Below are positions 63,098-64,000 of a stretch of 64,000 bases of DNA, one piece after another; the stretch's first letter is position 1, and each line of letters opens with the position of its first letter. The notes beneath the pieces were generated by a model that was not told the DNA's origin, did no database searches, and worked only from the letters and a program-made list of their open reading frames with translations. Source of the stretch: Dimorphilus gyrociliatus (Eukaryota; Animalia; Annelida); assembly GCA_904063045.1 (NCBI GenBank), contig CAJFCJ010000005.1, forward strand, positions 2,908,165 to 2,972,164, given 5' to 3'. The position numbers were made by a program, and so were the translations under genes.

Positions 63098-64000
63098 TTA
63101 GTAGATGACGCAACTTAGCATTCTACCAGTTTGATCTGTTTGAAATTGAGTCGGTCTCATTCCCGAATTTTTTGGACATTTAAATTCAGAATAAAAATAA
63201 TGACTATTTTGCAAAGTACCAACAACTCTTTGCATTGGTGGTGTAGATGATGATTTTGCCCAAATATTAAACACTTTCTCGGGTATATAACTACAAAAGT
63301 TTTGAGCAAATCCTAGAAAAAACATCTTATCTGACGTCATATTTAAACCGGGTAGAACTTTTAGGCTAATTTTTCTGTCACTAATCGCTTTTTTATAAAC
63401 GGATCTCGATATTTTTAAGGCTTCATGGTCTAAAAGTGCTTCTTTCCATACATTTTCACCATGTAAGTTTACTCCATATCGAGAAAAGTTACTATATTGT
63501 TGAATACAGTATCTTATTGAGGCTGTTAATCTGTCAACAATTCTTTGACTTTCGAAAAGTCCTAATGATTGAAGTATTTCATTTGTATAGGTCCATACAA
63601 AACCTCCGTATAAAAGGGCTATAGCATTTCCACTTTCAACGTAGTACGGCTCTCTTAAGGCGGCATAGCTAATAACTACTCTACGTAAGTTATTATCGTA
63701 TCTTATCTCTGCTTTTGTGCTAACTGGCATATCATAGTGATCCTCTAAAATGTAATCCTTATCATTTTTCCTTTTAATTTTATCACCTTCTTTACGCCTT
63801 CTAACAACAGTCGAAGCAATTAGAAATTCTAGCAAAGAGTCAAATTCATCACTACTATCAAGTATCTCAGTATCAAAGAGTTTTACTAAATACGGTATAT
63901 TGAAACGATTTCTTAAAGGTGTAATTATCGGTGGTTTAATACTCCCTAATTTCCTTTTAAAGAAACCTTGTAAATCTCTAAAAACCCTATATCTATTGCG
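63098..64000 (-). CDS. M13 (neprilysin/ECE)-like protein, predicted non-catalytic; 5' part lies beyond the window end
   Basis: The frame is open to the window edge. ALLYGGF, GENV, LPGLNMTSDKMFFLGFAQNFC and RVVGTLQNS..F..FKCP are M13 C-terminal motifs, but HExxH is replaced by NEILQ. Confidence 0.85.
   Translation of the reverse strand, partial: RNRYRVFRDLQGFFKRKLGSIKPPIITPLRNRFNIPYLVKLFDTEILDSSDEFDSLLEFLIASTVVRRRKEGDKIKRKNDKDYILEDHYDMPVSTKAEIRYDNNLRRVVISYAALREPYYVESGNAIALLYGGFVWTYTNEILQSLGLFESQRIVDRLTASIRYCIQQYSNFSRYGVNLHGENVWKEALLDHEALKISRSVYKKAISDRKISLKVLPGLNMTSDKMFFLGFAQNFCSYIPEKVFNIWAKSSSTPPMQRVVGTLQNSHYFYSEFKCPKNSGMRPTQFQTDQTGRMLSCVIY

Overview
AT-rich, very gene-dense animal genomic DNA. 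I can build about 22 protein-coding genes in 64 kb, with most introns only about 50-80 bp and GT-AG. This architecture suggests a compact lophotrochozoan genome such as the miniature annelid Dimorphilus gyrociliatus, but the species is an inference. Gene order: nucleolin-like RRM protein (-, runs off the left edge), SLC22 transporter (+), heme oxygenase (-), class A GPCR (-), C-type-lectin contactin (-), GPATCH1 (+), glutaminase (-), an orphan type II membrane coiled-coil protein (-), PFDN5 (+), C7orf57 homolog (+), FRMPD4/Preso-like WW-PDZ-FERM scaffold (-), MBOAT1/2 (-), TCTN1 (+), GCNA/ACRC (+), a highly divergent GLUT-like transporter (+), TSEN2 (+), ZFR (+), RPUSD1 (-), MIC27/APOOL (-), vanin/biotinidase (+) and a catalytically dead M13 peptidase (-, runs off the right edge). 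The most notable element is an intronless homeobox gene with a large C-terminal region I cannot assign, nested on the SAME strand in a 2.5 kb intron of the FRMPD4-like gene. Other leads are candidate poison exons in ZFR (including a 12-nt microexon), a candidate H/ACA snoRNA in the nucleolin-like first intron, alternative first exons of the FRMPD4-like gene, and RFX X-box sites. I saw no rRNA, tRNA, CRISPR array or recognisable transposon. All exon models were spliced by hand and need transcript confirmation. Family assignments come from recalled motifs, not database searches.
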